DNA of 64,000 nt, taken from positions 7,490-71,489 of the IMG/VR virus record IMGVR_UViG_3300042923_001352; one strand, written 5' to 3'. Position numbers and translations under genes: made by a program. Each line of letters opens with the position of its first letter. Position 1 is the stretch's first letter. This document shows, piece by piece, positions 8,315-17,140 of the stretch. The DNA is from a virus. The notes beneath the pieces were generated by a model. The model was not told the origin of the DNA. It worked only from the letters and a program-made list of their open reading frames with translations, and ran no database searches.

Positions 8315-8751
8315 TGTTTCTTAAATATGTTAATACAACACATCAAATATTACATGGCACTAAAATTAATAAAAACTTGAATATGTATTTATACAATCAT
8401 TGTCACTATTTCTATGAAACAATGATTCACCGTAATTTACCGAAAGAAAAAGTTGTTGAAAAACCAAAAATACCTGAATCTTACAAGTGTCCTGTATCTT
8501 TGATAGAACCGGACAATTATTGTAGAACCACAAGTAAGTATGAAGATGAACTTGATGTTAAGTATCTATTTTGTTTTCATTGCCGGCAATTATACTCAGT
8601 TGATGAGAATAGACAGAATCGTAGATATAATCTTTGTTTAAGATGCTATCCGAATCTACTAACCCAGTATGTTAAAAACAAAGGTGAAATTTCATTTTCT
8701 GAATTTGTTGAACATAAGAAAGTTTTGGATGTATTAACACTATACACTTAA
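8314..8751 (+). CDS. hypothetical protein with CxxC pairs (possible zinc finger)
   Basis: CFHC and CLRC motifs; GGAGG RBS, GTG start. Confidence 0.65.
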   Translation: MFLKYVNTTHQILHGTKINKNLNMYLYNHCHYFYETMIHRNLPKEKVVEKPKIPESYKCPVSLIEPDNYCRTTSKYEDELDVKYLFCFHCRQLYSVDENRQNRRYNLCLRCYPNLLTQYVKNKGEISFSEFVEHKKVLDVLTLYT

Positions 8752-8763
8752 TTAAAAAAGAGG

Positions 8764-9009
8764 ATGATAAAAATGATGAAAGTTAGTTTAAAGATTAGAT
8801 ATGATGATAAGGATAAGTATCTTAATGGTGAGGAAATCATGGCTGCAACCGAAAAGAACGATTCATATATCTTTAATAGTGGTATGCAAGATGTCGAATT
8901 AATAGAAGTGATTGTACCAATTGAAGAAATAGTTTCAAAACAAAGTAAGGAACTAAAAGGTATGGTAAGAGGAACATTTACATACTACATGATTCAAAGA
9001 AAGGACTAA
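8764..9009 (+). CDS. hypothetical protein
   Basis: In operon; start may be 8773. Confidence 0.6.
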   Translation: MIKMMKVSLKIRYDDKDKYLNGEEIMAATEKNDSYIFNSGMQDVELIEVIVPIEEIVSKQSKELKGMVRGTFTYYMIQRKD

Positions 9010-9013
9010 CTGA

Positions 9014-9367
9014 ATGAATCCAGGAGAAATAATGATTGGAAATCAAGAATTACTTACGGCACCTAGAGTAGCTGATAAACTAGAATCAATAATTGTTATG
9101 TATACCATGACTCATGGTTTAAAAATGACTTTTCAAAATCAATATAGAAATATTGTGTTTGAAATTGATGAATTTAATGGATTTAAGTATCGTCTCAAAA
9201 TTAAACATTACAATAGAGAGATTATGTCTATCATCTTCGTAAAGATGGATCCTATATCGTCTCACAAAAATAGAGTTTCATGTGGTATTGAACCAACAGA
9301 AATGGTGGAAACTCTAGATGTATTAATAAAAGAATTGAATGGAGAGAATATTTTAAATGTCAAATAA
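9014..9367 (+). CDS. hypothetical protein (small-ORF family)
   Basis: AAGGA RBS; KLESIIVMYTM..G motif similar to ORF 9357. Confidence 0.65.
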   Translation: MNPGEIMIGNQELLTAPRVADKLESIIVMYTMTHGLKMTFQNQYRNIVFEIDEFNGFKYRLKIKHYNREIMSIIFVKMDPISSHKNRVSCGIEPTEMVETLDVLIKELNGENILNVK

Positions 9368-9809
9368 AAAACCAGTAAAGACATCAATCATTAGCCAATT
9401 AATAGCATTTTTTGGAAGTTTGTTAGGCATATACAAAACAACAAAACTAAATGGCAAGAAATATAGGATTCATAGAAGGTTACATCAAGAATTTGAAGAA
9501 AAAATTGAATCACTCATGATTATGGCTACAATGGCGGGATATAAGATAGAGGTTAAAGATTATGACCTTTACCAACAAAATGGAAAACTTAAAGACAGTC
9601 TTGTTGTAAATTATCGATTTGAAAAATCATCAAGTGTTGGTTTTGCGATGGAATTTAAGTTCAATGTATTTAGAAAAACTCTTATCCGTGGATACTCTCA
9701 TAGATTAGGAGATAAAAGCAGACAGAGTTTTGTTCATAGTAGACTGAAGCATCATGTTACAAAAAAAGAAGATTTAGCGTTTATCGACAATATTATAAAG
9801 GAGTTGTAA
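9357..9809 (+). CDS. hypothetical protein (small-ORF family)
   Basis: GGAG RBS; KIESLMIMATMAG motif. Confidence 0.65.
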   Translation: MSNKKPVKTSIISQLIAFFGSLLGIYKTTKLNGKKYRIHRRLHQEFEEKIESLMIMATMAGYKIEVKDYDLYQQNGKLKDSLVVNYRFEKSSSVGFAMEFKFNVFRKTLIRGYSHRLGDKSRQSFVHSRLKHHVTKKEDLAFIDNIIKEL

Positions 9810-9813
9810 TAAG

Positions 9814-10242
9814 ATGGAGAACCCAGCATTGAGACAAAGCTATGAAGTATTAGAACAACAATTTGAGCAATATCCTGATATTGTAGAATTAGTCAAAGAG
9901 TATGTTGAAAACTACTCAGTTGCAGACATCATGTTGGGTAAAGATACTCCATTTTGCATTACAAATTCTGCTCAAGCGGGCATAACTTTAGCGTATGGTA
10001 GTATGCTGTTCCGTATCCTTACGGGTTCACGTAAAGCTAATTTTGTCATCAATTTTGTAAGTTGGCGTGGTTGGGAAAAAGTTGTTCCAATCCAAGCAAA
10101 AAATCACTTCAGAATTAAACGCGGATATTACACCAAAAATGGGTATGATCATTCATTTAAGTTTAAAACTTCTAAAGAGGTATGTGATTTCTTCATTAAA
10201 TATATTACTTCTGAAAAAGGATATGCTTGTGTTTTTAAATAA
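9814..10242 (+). CDS. hypothetical protein (small-ORF family)
   Basis: AAGGAG RBS; VENYSVADIMLGK motif shared with ORF 986. Confidence 0.7.
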   Translation: MENPALRQSYEVLEQQFEQYPDIVELVKEYVENYSVADIMLGKDTPFCITNSAQAGITLAYGSMLFRILTGSRKANFVINFVSWRGWEKVVPIQAKNHFRIKRGYYTKNGYDHSFKFKTSKEVCDFFIKYITSEKGYACVFK

Positions 10243-10258
10243 GTTAAAAATAACATAG

Positions 10259-10304
10259 ACTCCTTATAGAATATAACAAGACTATATTCTATAAGGAGTT
10301 TTTT
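10259..10304 (+). promoter_or_regulatory. 17-bp perfect hairpin covering the RBS of ORF 10306 (terminator / translational block)
   Basis: ACTCCTTATAGAATATA-7nt-TATATTCTATAAGGAGT then TTTTT; AAGGAG lies in 3' arm. Confidence 0.75.
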
Positions 10305-10305
10305 C

Positions 10306-10692
10306 ATGAAAATTAGAGATTTTATTATTGAACAACTTATCAACAAAGAAGCTGAAATCGTAGCAGATACAATTATTGTAGAAATTGACAAGAAACTTGA
10401 ACGTTTGAAGGAAGAAATATTTGCAACAAATGACATGGAAGAAGTAAAGAAAATCAAAGCAAAAAATGATGAATTACAAAAGCTGCTCACCGCTGTATTG
10501 GCTAAACCGTTAGAAGTAGATTTGGACGAAGTCGAACAAAAGCTAAATAGTCAAATTATAGTTCATAAAGTTAAAAGTGCTTTAAATGAAAGAAATCAAA
10601 GTAATATTCAAACTATCATTGATCAAATCAAAGCTAAAGGTTTAATTGCTAAAGAACATCTTGAAAAAGTATTTGATAAAGAAAAAGAGTAG
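10306..10692 (+). CDS. hypothetical coiled-coil protein
   Basis: AAGGAG RBS, 128-aa helical ORF. Confidence 0.7.
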   Translation: MKIRDFIIEQLINKEAEIVADTIIVEIDKKLERLKEEIFATNDMEEVKKIKAKNDELQKLLTAVLAKPLEVDLDEVEQKLNSQIIVHKVKSALNERNQSNIQTIIDQIKAKGLIAKEHLEKVFDKEKE

Positions 10693-10712
10693 GATTTCTC
10701 CTACTCTTTTTT
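10686..10712 (+). terminator. intrinsic terminator (inverted copy of 7524 hairpin)
   Basis: AGAGTAGGA-TTTC-TCCTACTCT-TTTTT. Confidence 0.8.
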
Positions 10713-10777
10713 CTTTCATGATTAATAAACCTAAAACTGTGGTATAATAAATATAAACGGTTTTAGGAGGCGATTAA

Positions 10778-11296
10778 ATGGTATCAGATGATTTAATAAA
10801 AAAATATTTACTTCAGTCACTTATGAAAGAAGCTACTTGGATTGCCAAATTGGATAATCAAAGTGTTCCCGAAATTATAGTTTCGCAAGGAATTAAACAC
10901 ATGTTAGATAAAATTTTGCAACTTTATTATTTGTTTCATCCTAAAGTAGCGTTGCAGTTTGAGAATATATTTACCAAAGAAGCTTTAAATAGTGGTTTGA
11001 ATGAACTGAATGAAAATAGAAAAGAATGGCAAACAAAATACGTAAAATTTTGGATGGAAAATTTGATGTCTTCAGCTATTGGTAACATATCAGATTTCAC
11101 ACCAGAAGAAGAAATATTGGATATGTTGAAACATCATAAACGAATTCGCATAGAAAATGAGCAAAGAGAAGCTAGTGCTAATTTATTAGAAAAATTAAAT
11201 ATACCATTTGATGACGACACCGAAGAAGAAACAAAAAGGATAGGGAAAGAAATACAAGAATACATTGATGAAAAATATGGTGACGATAAAAAATAA
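10778..11296 (+). CDS. hypothetical protein
   Basis: AGGAGG RBS, 172 aa. Confidence 0.7.
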   Translation: MVSDDLIKKYLLQSLMKEATWIAKLDNQSVPEIIVSQGIKHMLDKILQLYYLFHPKVALQFENIFTKEALNSGLNELNENRKEWQTKYVKFWMENLMSSAIGNISDFTPEEEILDMLKHHKRIRIENEQREASANLLEKLNIPFDDDTEEETKRIGKEIQEYIDEKYGDDKK

Positions 11297-11316
11297 AACT
11301 AAATAATTTAAAATTG

Positions 11317-11341
11317 AAAGCAGGAGAAATCCTGCTTTTTT
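11317..11341 (+). terminator. intrinsic terminator with GAAA tetraloop
   Basis: AAAGCAGGA-GAAA-TCCTGCTTT-TTT. Confidence 0.8.
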
Positions 11342-11376
11342 GTTGTGTCCAAGTATAAACTTAGTATCATTTTTGA

Positions 11377-11406
11377 TTTAACTTAAGTCTACTTAAGTCA
11401 TATTAT
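11377..11406 (+). promoter_or_regulatory. putative dnaE promoter, class TTTAACT-N15-YATATWAT
   Basis: TTTAACT 11377-11383, CATATTAT 11399-11406. Confidence 0.5.
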
Positions 11407-11518
11407 ATATTCATAATCATTCATTGATTCGATTTCGCATTTGTCCAAGGTGATACAGCGGACAACTGAATTAATAGGTTTTAAAGGCAGCCTATCATTC
11501 AGAACAGGGAGGACTAAG

Positions 11519-14500
11519 ATGGAATTTGCTTCACTTTACAATGTTTTAACTGATGAAAGACGCGCAGAATTGAAGGATGCTTTTGTTAATATCCATGCAC
11601 ATTCATTTTATTCCCTACTTGATGGTCAAACACGACCAGCAGATTTAATTGACAAAACGTTACAACTAGGTCAACCAGCAGCGTGTATTTCAGATCATGG
11701 AGTTATGTATAGTTTGGTAGATTTTGTTACGTTAGCAAATAAAAAGAAACAAAAATATCTTATTGCTATGGAAGCATATGTAGTGAGAGATCATAGACTT
11801 AAGGGAAAAGCTGAGTCTGATAATGAAAATACAAACAACCGCGAACATCTTCTTCTTGTTGCATATAATGAAAAAGGGTATAAGAACCTTATGAAGTTAG
11901 CTTCTATTGGAGCAACTGAAGGTTTTTACTACCGTCCTCGTATTGATGACGAACTTCTTAAAAGAAACCGTGAAGGTCTTCTTGCAACATCTGCTTGTTT
12001 AGGAAGTCGTTTCTCTCAATTAATTGCTCGTGGAAATTTAGAAGATGCTAAGAAAGAACTTAGATATTACGCTAAAATGTTTCCGGGTAAATTCTTCCTT
12101 GAAATTCAACCAACTAAAGAATACATGCAAAAAGTTGTAAATCATGCTCTCATTAAGTTGTCTGCAGAATTAGGTATTCCAATGGTTTCAACAACTGATG
12201 CTCATTATCTTAATCGTCAAGATTCTGAAACTCATGATGCGCTTCTAGCAATGCAATCAAATGATACATTGAGCAATCCACTTCGTTGGAGATTCCCAGG
12301 TGATACATTCTTTGTAGCATCTCGTAAAGAAATGCTAGATATGTATGAAGAAGAATGTGAATCTGAAATCGACAAACTCCTTCAGGAAAGAGACCCATCT
12401 GAGTGGTTGGTAGATTCAGAAGATACTATTTTCACAAAAACCATTGATTTTATTGATAAGAAGACTGGTAAACCAGCGCAAGTAGATAAAAAGTTTATCA
12501 GATTTAAACACAATATTGATCGCAATCTATTGGAGAAATCTTGTGATAATTCTGTAGTCATAGCAGATACTTGTGATTTCCAACTTAAATTTGATAAAAC
12601 TTATCTACCAAAAGTTGAAATTCCTGAAAACCAAGATTTTTTAAATTGGTATCAAGCAAAAGTACAACAAGCACAAAATGCTGGTCAAGAACCACAAACA
12701 AAACAAGATTATTACCTTAGATACCTGTGCATAAAAGGATTAAAGGACAAAGGTCTTACGGCTAAGAATTATCGCGAAAGACTTGAATACGAACTTGACG
12801 TTATCATCAGCATGGGATTCCCAGATTACTTCTTACTTCTTCAAGATGTAGTAAGTTGGTGCTACAATAACGATATTCCAGTTGGTCCTGGTCGTGGATG
12901 TTTTACGCCTGAACAAATTGTTGAAACTTCCGAAGGCAAAAAGTATATTGAAGATGTAACTAAAGGAGACATGGTGATTACTCACCGCGGCAATCTAAAG
13001 GAAGTAAAATCTGTACAATCTTATAAGGCTGATGAAGAAATTGCGATTGTTAAATGGAGAAGTAAGGACGAACCAGAAACTCCACTTACTGTAAAATCTA
13101 CAAAAGACCACGAATATTTTATCATCCCCAAACACTATGGTAAAGATTTTAAAAATACAAAATGGGCTATGGCTAGTGAATTGGAAAAGGGAGATATCTT
13201 ACTTCTTCCAATTGAAAGAGAAATGGCTCATAAACATTCACATAAAGGTCATGAAAATTGTATTAATTGCTTTGGTAAAAAAAATCCAGATTTTATTGAA
13301 GAAGCAAATAGACAATTCCATGAAACAGCATTTAACGTTTCTAGGATTGTTGAAAAGACCATTAATGTACTTGGCACAAAGGTTGATGATGAAGGTCAAA
13401 CTGCAGTCTTAGATAAAGCAAAGAGTTCATTACAAGAAGTACAAGAGGTTTTTGGTTTTAATGAAGTAATTAATTCCGAAATCAGTATGGAACAATTTTC
13501 AGAAGAGCTTCTTGAACTTGGATATGAGATTGGATTTGTAGAAGAAGTAACTTACAAACACTACGAGGGTATGGTTTATGACCTCACAGTGGATGGCGAC
13601 ACTTCTTATACAGTAAATGGATTGGCAGTTCATAATAGCGCAGCAGGTTCTTTGGTATCTTACGCTATCGGCATTACAAACGTAGATCCAATTCAATATG
13701 GATTGTTATTTGAACGTTTCTTAAATCCAACCCGCGGAAAATTGCCGGATATCGATGTCGATTTCTGTATTGACAATCGTGGAAGAGTAATGAAATACAT
13801 CATAGAAAAATACGGCACAGAACACACTGCAAACATAGCAACCTTTGGGCGTCTTCAAACAAAGGCAGTAATTAAAGATGTTGCGAAAGCTCTAGCTATT
13901 GAGTTTGATGAAGTTAATAACTTTACAAAACTTTTGCCATCTGGTCCAGGTGCAAGTATTCACATTGAAGATATTTACAATATGCCTGAATGTCAATCTT
14001 TTGTTCAAAAGTATCCAAAATTATTTGAATATGCAGCTAAACTTGAAGGTTCACCTCGTCACGTTTCTCAACATGCTGCTGGTATAGTGGTGTCACCGCC
14101 AGATCACCCAATTTGGTCATTAATACCAATTCAAAAAGCCAAAAAGGAAATGGATGGAATTACGAGCTATCTAACGCAGTTAGAAAAGGGACCAGTTGAA
14201 GAACTTGGCTTGGTCAAGATGGACATATTGGGTTTAAAAAACATAACTGAGCTTCATGAGCAATTTAAGTTGGTTAAGAAACTTTATGGTAATAATTTGA
14301 ATTTCAACAACATTCCATTAGATGACAAGAAAACTTGGGATTTGATTGGTAACGGACACACACTTGGTGTATTTCAGTTTGCATCGAATTTGGCAATTAG
14401 CGCGTTACACAAAATTAAACCTCAAAACATAGAGGAACTTTCAGCAGCAAATGCATTTATTCGTCCAGGTGCATCTGGTTTAGAAGAATATATGATGGCA

Positions 14501-15958
14501 AAAACAGATGCGCGGAAGCGCAGAAAGCTGCATCAAGAGTTGGACTCAATTTTAGAAGCAACATATGGAGCTATCGTTTATCAAGAACAAATCATGGGTC
14601 TCATTGCAGTAGTTATGGGCATTGACTTTGGTGAAGCTGATATTTATCGTAGGATGTTAGAAAAAGCCGGTAAATTCCCTCAAGAACTAGCAGACTGGAA
14701 AATTAAGTTTACTGAAATGGGGCTTGCTAGAGGTTACAACCAAAAGTTGATTGATTTGTTAGTAAATCTTATCATTGAAAACTCCGGTTATGGCTTTAAT
14801 AAAAGTCATGCAGTTGCTTATTCAATTATTTCTTATTGGACAGCATACATGAAAGCTAACTATCCATTGATTTTCTACACAGCAATGTTAAATGGTAACT
14901 TAGACCAAGCCGAATTCTTTATGGCTGAAGCACATAAGATTGGTATTAAAGTACTTCCGCCTCATGTTAATGACAGTAAACTTCTGTTTACTATTTCTGG
15001 TGATGAAGGAATTAGAGCTGGATTTAATGCAATTAAAGGTGTAGGTCCAAAAGCAGTAGAATCTATTATTGCGAACCAACCATTTGCATCAGTAGATGAT
15101 TATTTTGTTCGTAATGATAAGGCTGCAATCAATAAGGGTGTAGTTGGAGCTCTTCTTAAGGCGGGAGCATTTGAGGGCATGGGTATCCAGGTGGAAGAGG
15201 GAGATATTCCAGTAGAACTCAATGATAAATTCGAATTTAAAGACATCAATAACGATAAATATGTAGTATTAAATCGCGAACAAGCAGTAGTGTGGTTTGA
15301 TTTACTTAATGACATTAATACCGTTAAGGCATCACCAAACTTCATAGTACCAACCGAACTTATCGCTGGCAAGTATTTTGATAAATACGAACTTGTTGAA
15401 GAAAAAGATGGTTCAGGTGTTGTTATCCCTGAGGATGTACTAAAGGACATGGGTATTAAACTTACAAGTTTGCCAGATCAAACTAAAACTCGTAAGAAGC
15501 CTAAGGGCAGTTTTGATAAGGCTGCAGACCCTATGAAAAACGTTGCTCCTTTTAGAAAGCCATTTATTATTCATCACAGAAAGTTAAGTGAAATTGCTAT
15601 TTCTTACATGGACTTGTACTTAAAGGAACAAGAAGAATTTGGATTCTCATTCTTGCCACATCCATTAGAGAAGCACATGGACAAAATTAACCTTTATGAC
15701 GATGTTGAAGATGGACAACCAATGGTAACTGCCGGTATTATCACATCTATTGTTCAAAGGATGACAAAGACAAAGAAACCTTTCTATTGGGTGACAGTTA
15801 AATCCCCAAGGGACAGTGTGAGAGTTACACTCTGGGATAATCAGTTCAATGCTCACAAAGAACATATGCATAAGAATGCTCTCATAGTTGTAAAAGGCAA
15901 TAAGGGATATGGTGGAATTGGGTGTGAGAGCTTAAAAGCAATTAACTTTAGTGTTTAA
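11519..15958 (+). CDS. dnaE: DNA polymerase III alpha subunit (DnaE type) with intein
   Basis: PHP motifs HAHSFYSLLDG, SDHG, TDAHY; GPGRG/SAAGS; LFERFLNP, PDIDVDF, HAAG, KMDILGL, YQEQIM, GFNKSHA; C-terminal OB fold; GGGAGG RBS favours ATG 11519. Confidence 0.95.
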   Translation: MEFASLYNVLTDERRAELKDAFVNIHAHSFYSLLDGQTRPADLIDKTLQLGQPAACISDHGVMYSLVDFVTLANKKKQKYLIAMEAYVVRDHRLKGKAESDNENTNNREHLLLVAYNEKGYKNLMKLASIGATEGFYYRPRIDDELLKRNREGLLATSACLGSRFSQLIARGNLEDAKKELRYYAKMFPGKFFLEIQPTKEYMQKVVNHALIKLSAELGIPMVSTTDAHYLNRQDSETHDALLAMQSNDTLSNPLRWRFPGDTFFVASRKEMLDMYEEECESEIDKLLQERDPSEWLVDSEDTIFTKTIDFIDKKTGKPAQVDKKFIRFKHNIDRNLLEKSCDNSVVIADTCDFQLKFDKTYLPKVEIPENQDFLNWYQAKVQQAQNAGQEPQTKQDYYLRYLCIKGLKDKGLTAKNYRERLEYELDVIISMGFPDYFLLLQDVVSWCYNNDIPVGPGRGCFTPEQIVETSEGKKYIEDVTKGDMVITHRGNLKEVKSVQSYKADEEIAIVKWRSKDEPETPLTVKSTKDHEYFIIPKHYGKDFKNTKWAMASELEKGDILLLPIEREMAHKHSHKGHENCINCFGKKNPDFIEEANRQFHETAFNVSRIVEKTINVLGTKVDDEGQTAVLDKAKSSLQEVQEVFGFNEVINSEISMEQFSEELLELGYEIGFVEEVTYKHYEGMVYDLTVDGDTSYTVNGLAVHNSAAGSLVSYAIGITNVDPIQYGLLFERFLNPTRGKLPDIDVDFCIDNRGRVMKYIIEKYGTEHTANIATFGRLQTKAVIKDVAKALAIEFDEVNNFTKLLPSGPGASIHIEDIYNMPECQSFVQKYPKLFEYAAKLEGSPRHVSQHAAGIVVSPPDHPIWSLIPIQKAKKEMDGITSYLTQLEKGPVEELGLVKMDILGLKNITELHEQFKLVKKLYGNNLNFNNIPLDDKKTWDLIGNGHTLGVFQFASNLAISALHKIKPQNIEELSAANAFIRPGASGLEEYMMAKTDARKRRKLHQELDSILEATYGAIVYQEQIMGLIAVVMGIDFGEADIYRRMLEKAGKFPQELADWKIKFTEMGLARGYNQKLIDLLVNLIIENSGYGFNKSHAVAYSIISYWTAYMKANYPLIFYTAMLNGNLDQAEFFMAEAHKIGIKVLPPHVNDSKLLFTISGDEGIRAGFNAIKGVGPKAVESIIANQPFASVDDYFVRNDKAAINKGVVGALLKAGAFEGMGIQVEEGDIPVELNDKFEFKDINNDKYVVLNREQAVVWFDLLNDINTVKASPNFIVPTELIAGKYFDKYELVEEKDGSGVVIPEDVLKDMGIKLTSLPDQTKTRKKPKGSFDKAADPMKNVAPFRKPFIIHHRKLSEIAISYMDLYLKEQEEFGFSFLPHPLEKHMDKINLYDDVEDGQPMVTAGIITSIVQRMTKTKKPFYWVTVKSPRDSVRVTLWDNQFNAHKEHMHKNALIVVKGNKGYGGIGCESLKAINFSV
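12899..13636 (+). mobile_element. intein (246 aa, no recognisable homing endonuclease) in dnaE
   Basis: Interrupts conserved GPGRG|SAAGS; starts CFTPEQIVET, block B TKDHEYF, ends VYDLTVDGDTSYTVNGLAVHN followed by Ser. Confidence 0.93.
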
Positions 15959-15964
15959 TAATTT

Positions 15965-15994
15965 AACACCCAGAGTAAAATCTGGGTGTTTTTT
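15965..15994 (+). terminator. intrinsic terminator
   Basis: AACACCCAGA/TCTGGGTGTT stem plus T run. Confidence 0.85.
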
Positions 15995-16068
15995 GTGTTA
16001 CGAGCTTTTTAAAAATGATTATCATTTTACATATAATGTAATATATAAAAAAATTATGAGGTGAAATA

Positions 16069-16818
16069 ATGTCATTTACTTTTGAATCTTCAAAAATTCG
16101 GTCTTTAGATATTTCACAATTAGCTGGAAAAGCAGTAATTAAAGTTCACGATAAAAACGAAATTTTTATTGAGACAACTAATGAAGAAAAAGTTGAAGTA
16201 GAACGTGTTGGCCCTACCCTAGAAATAAAGGGTAAGCTAGAAGAAGATACAAATAAAAAAAGCAAATTTTCTTTCGGAAATATCTTTGGTTCTAATGTAG
16301 TGATTCAAAACAATAATATCGTTTCAGGTAACAGCATTACCGTCATTAATGGTAAAGTTGTTAGTGGTAGTACAAGCGGCGGAAAACTGCCTGAAGTTAA
16401 AATGGAAATTTTTGTACCAAAGAATACTATTAAATTTCTTGATATCTCCGGGGTAATAAATGTGGAAGTTGATAGTATTTCAGAAAATCTTGACATCGAT
16501 AATTCTGGTCAAACAAGGGTTAATGTATCGGGAATCGCTAACCTTAGCGTAGATACTTCTGGACAATCTAAGATTGAAGCTAATGGTGTTTCAAAACTCA
16601 ATGCTGGTGTATCTGGTCAAAGCAAGGTTGACGTTCACGGTACTAGCTTTAGCGAAATCGAAGTTGATATTAGTGGACAAAGTAACTTAACTATTATTAG
16701 CGATTCTATTGAAGAATTGGAAGCAGATATTTCTGGACAAAGTAAATTAGTTGTTCATGGAAACATTAAACAAAGAAATGTTCATAAGAGCGGACTAGCA
16801 AGTTTTAAAAATACTTAA
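16069..16818 (+). CDS. GIN/DUF2807-like beta-solenoid (adhesin-head-like) protein
   Basis: Repeated [LI]x[VA]D[IT]SGQS[KN] units, ITVINGKVVSG; GAGGTG RBS. Confidence 0.7.
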   Translation: MSFTFESSKIRSLDISQLAGKAVIKVHDKNEIFIETTNEEKVEVERVGPTLEIKGKLEEDTNKKSKFSFGNIFGSNVVIQNNNIVSGNSITVINGKVVSGSTSGGKLPEVKMEIFVPKNTIKFLDISGVINVEVDSISENLDIDNSGQTRVNVSGIANLSVDTSGQSKIEANGVSKLNAGVSGQSKVDVHGTSFSEIEVDISGQSNLTIISDSIEELEADISGQSKLVVHGNIKQRNVHKSGLASFKNT

Positions 16819-16952
16819 TTTGATTTCTAGGAAGGATTTATGAGGAATGATATTTTATACATCCTTCCTACTAAGATTCAATCTGGTTCATCTCTGAGGA
16901 TTAAATGATAACCTTTTAATATCAAATAAAATAAAAATAGGAGGAATTATTT

Positions 16953-17045
16953 ATGACTGAGGTAACTTTAAACTTTGCATACTTCTTACTTGGCGCAGTA
17001 ACAATGCTGGGTCTTGTAATTCACGTAAACAACAAACAAAAGTAA
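16953..17045 (+). CDS. 30-aa single-pass membrane peptide (not in ORF track)
   Basis: Strong AGGAGG RBS; MTEVTLNFAYFLLGAVTMLGLVIHVNNKQK, hydrophobic core with basic C-terminus. Confidence 0.6.
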   Translation: MTEVTLNFAYFLLGAVTMLGLVIHVNNKQK

Positions 17046-17140
17046 TTTAATTATCATGTAAAAATTTTCAACTATTTTGTCTAATATATTAAAAATTATT
17101 AAAAAGCAAGCCTATCATAAGAATGGAGATGCTTAAAGAA

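Noticed and set aside
11441-11518. ORF-track start of dnaE at TTG 11441
   Set aside because: No RBS there; GGGAGG precedes ATG 11519, so the upstream part is treated as leader.
12340-12520. Possible second intein or intron in the DnaE PHP region (and a C-terminal insert around 15180-15560)
   Set aside because: Frame stays open and there are no Cys/Ser start or His-Asn end motifs; treated as lineage-specific insertions.
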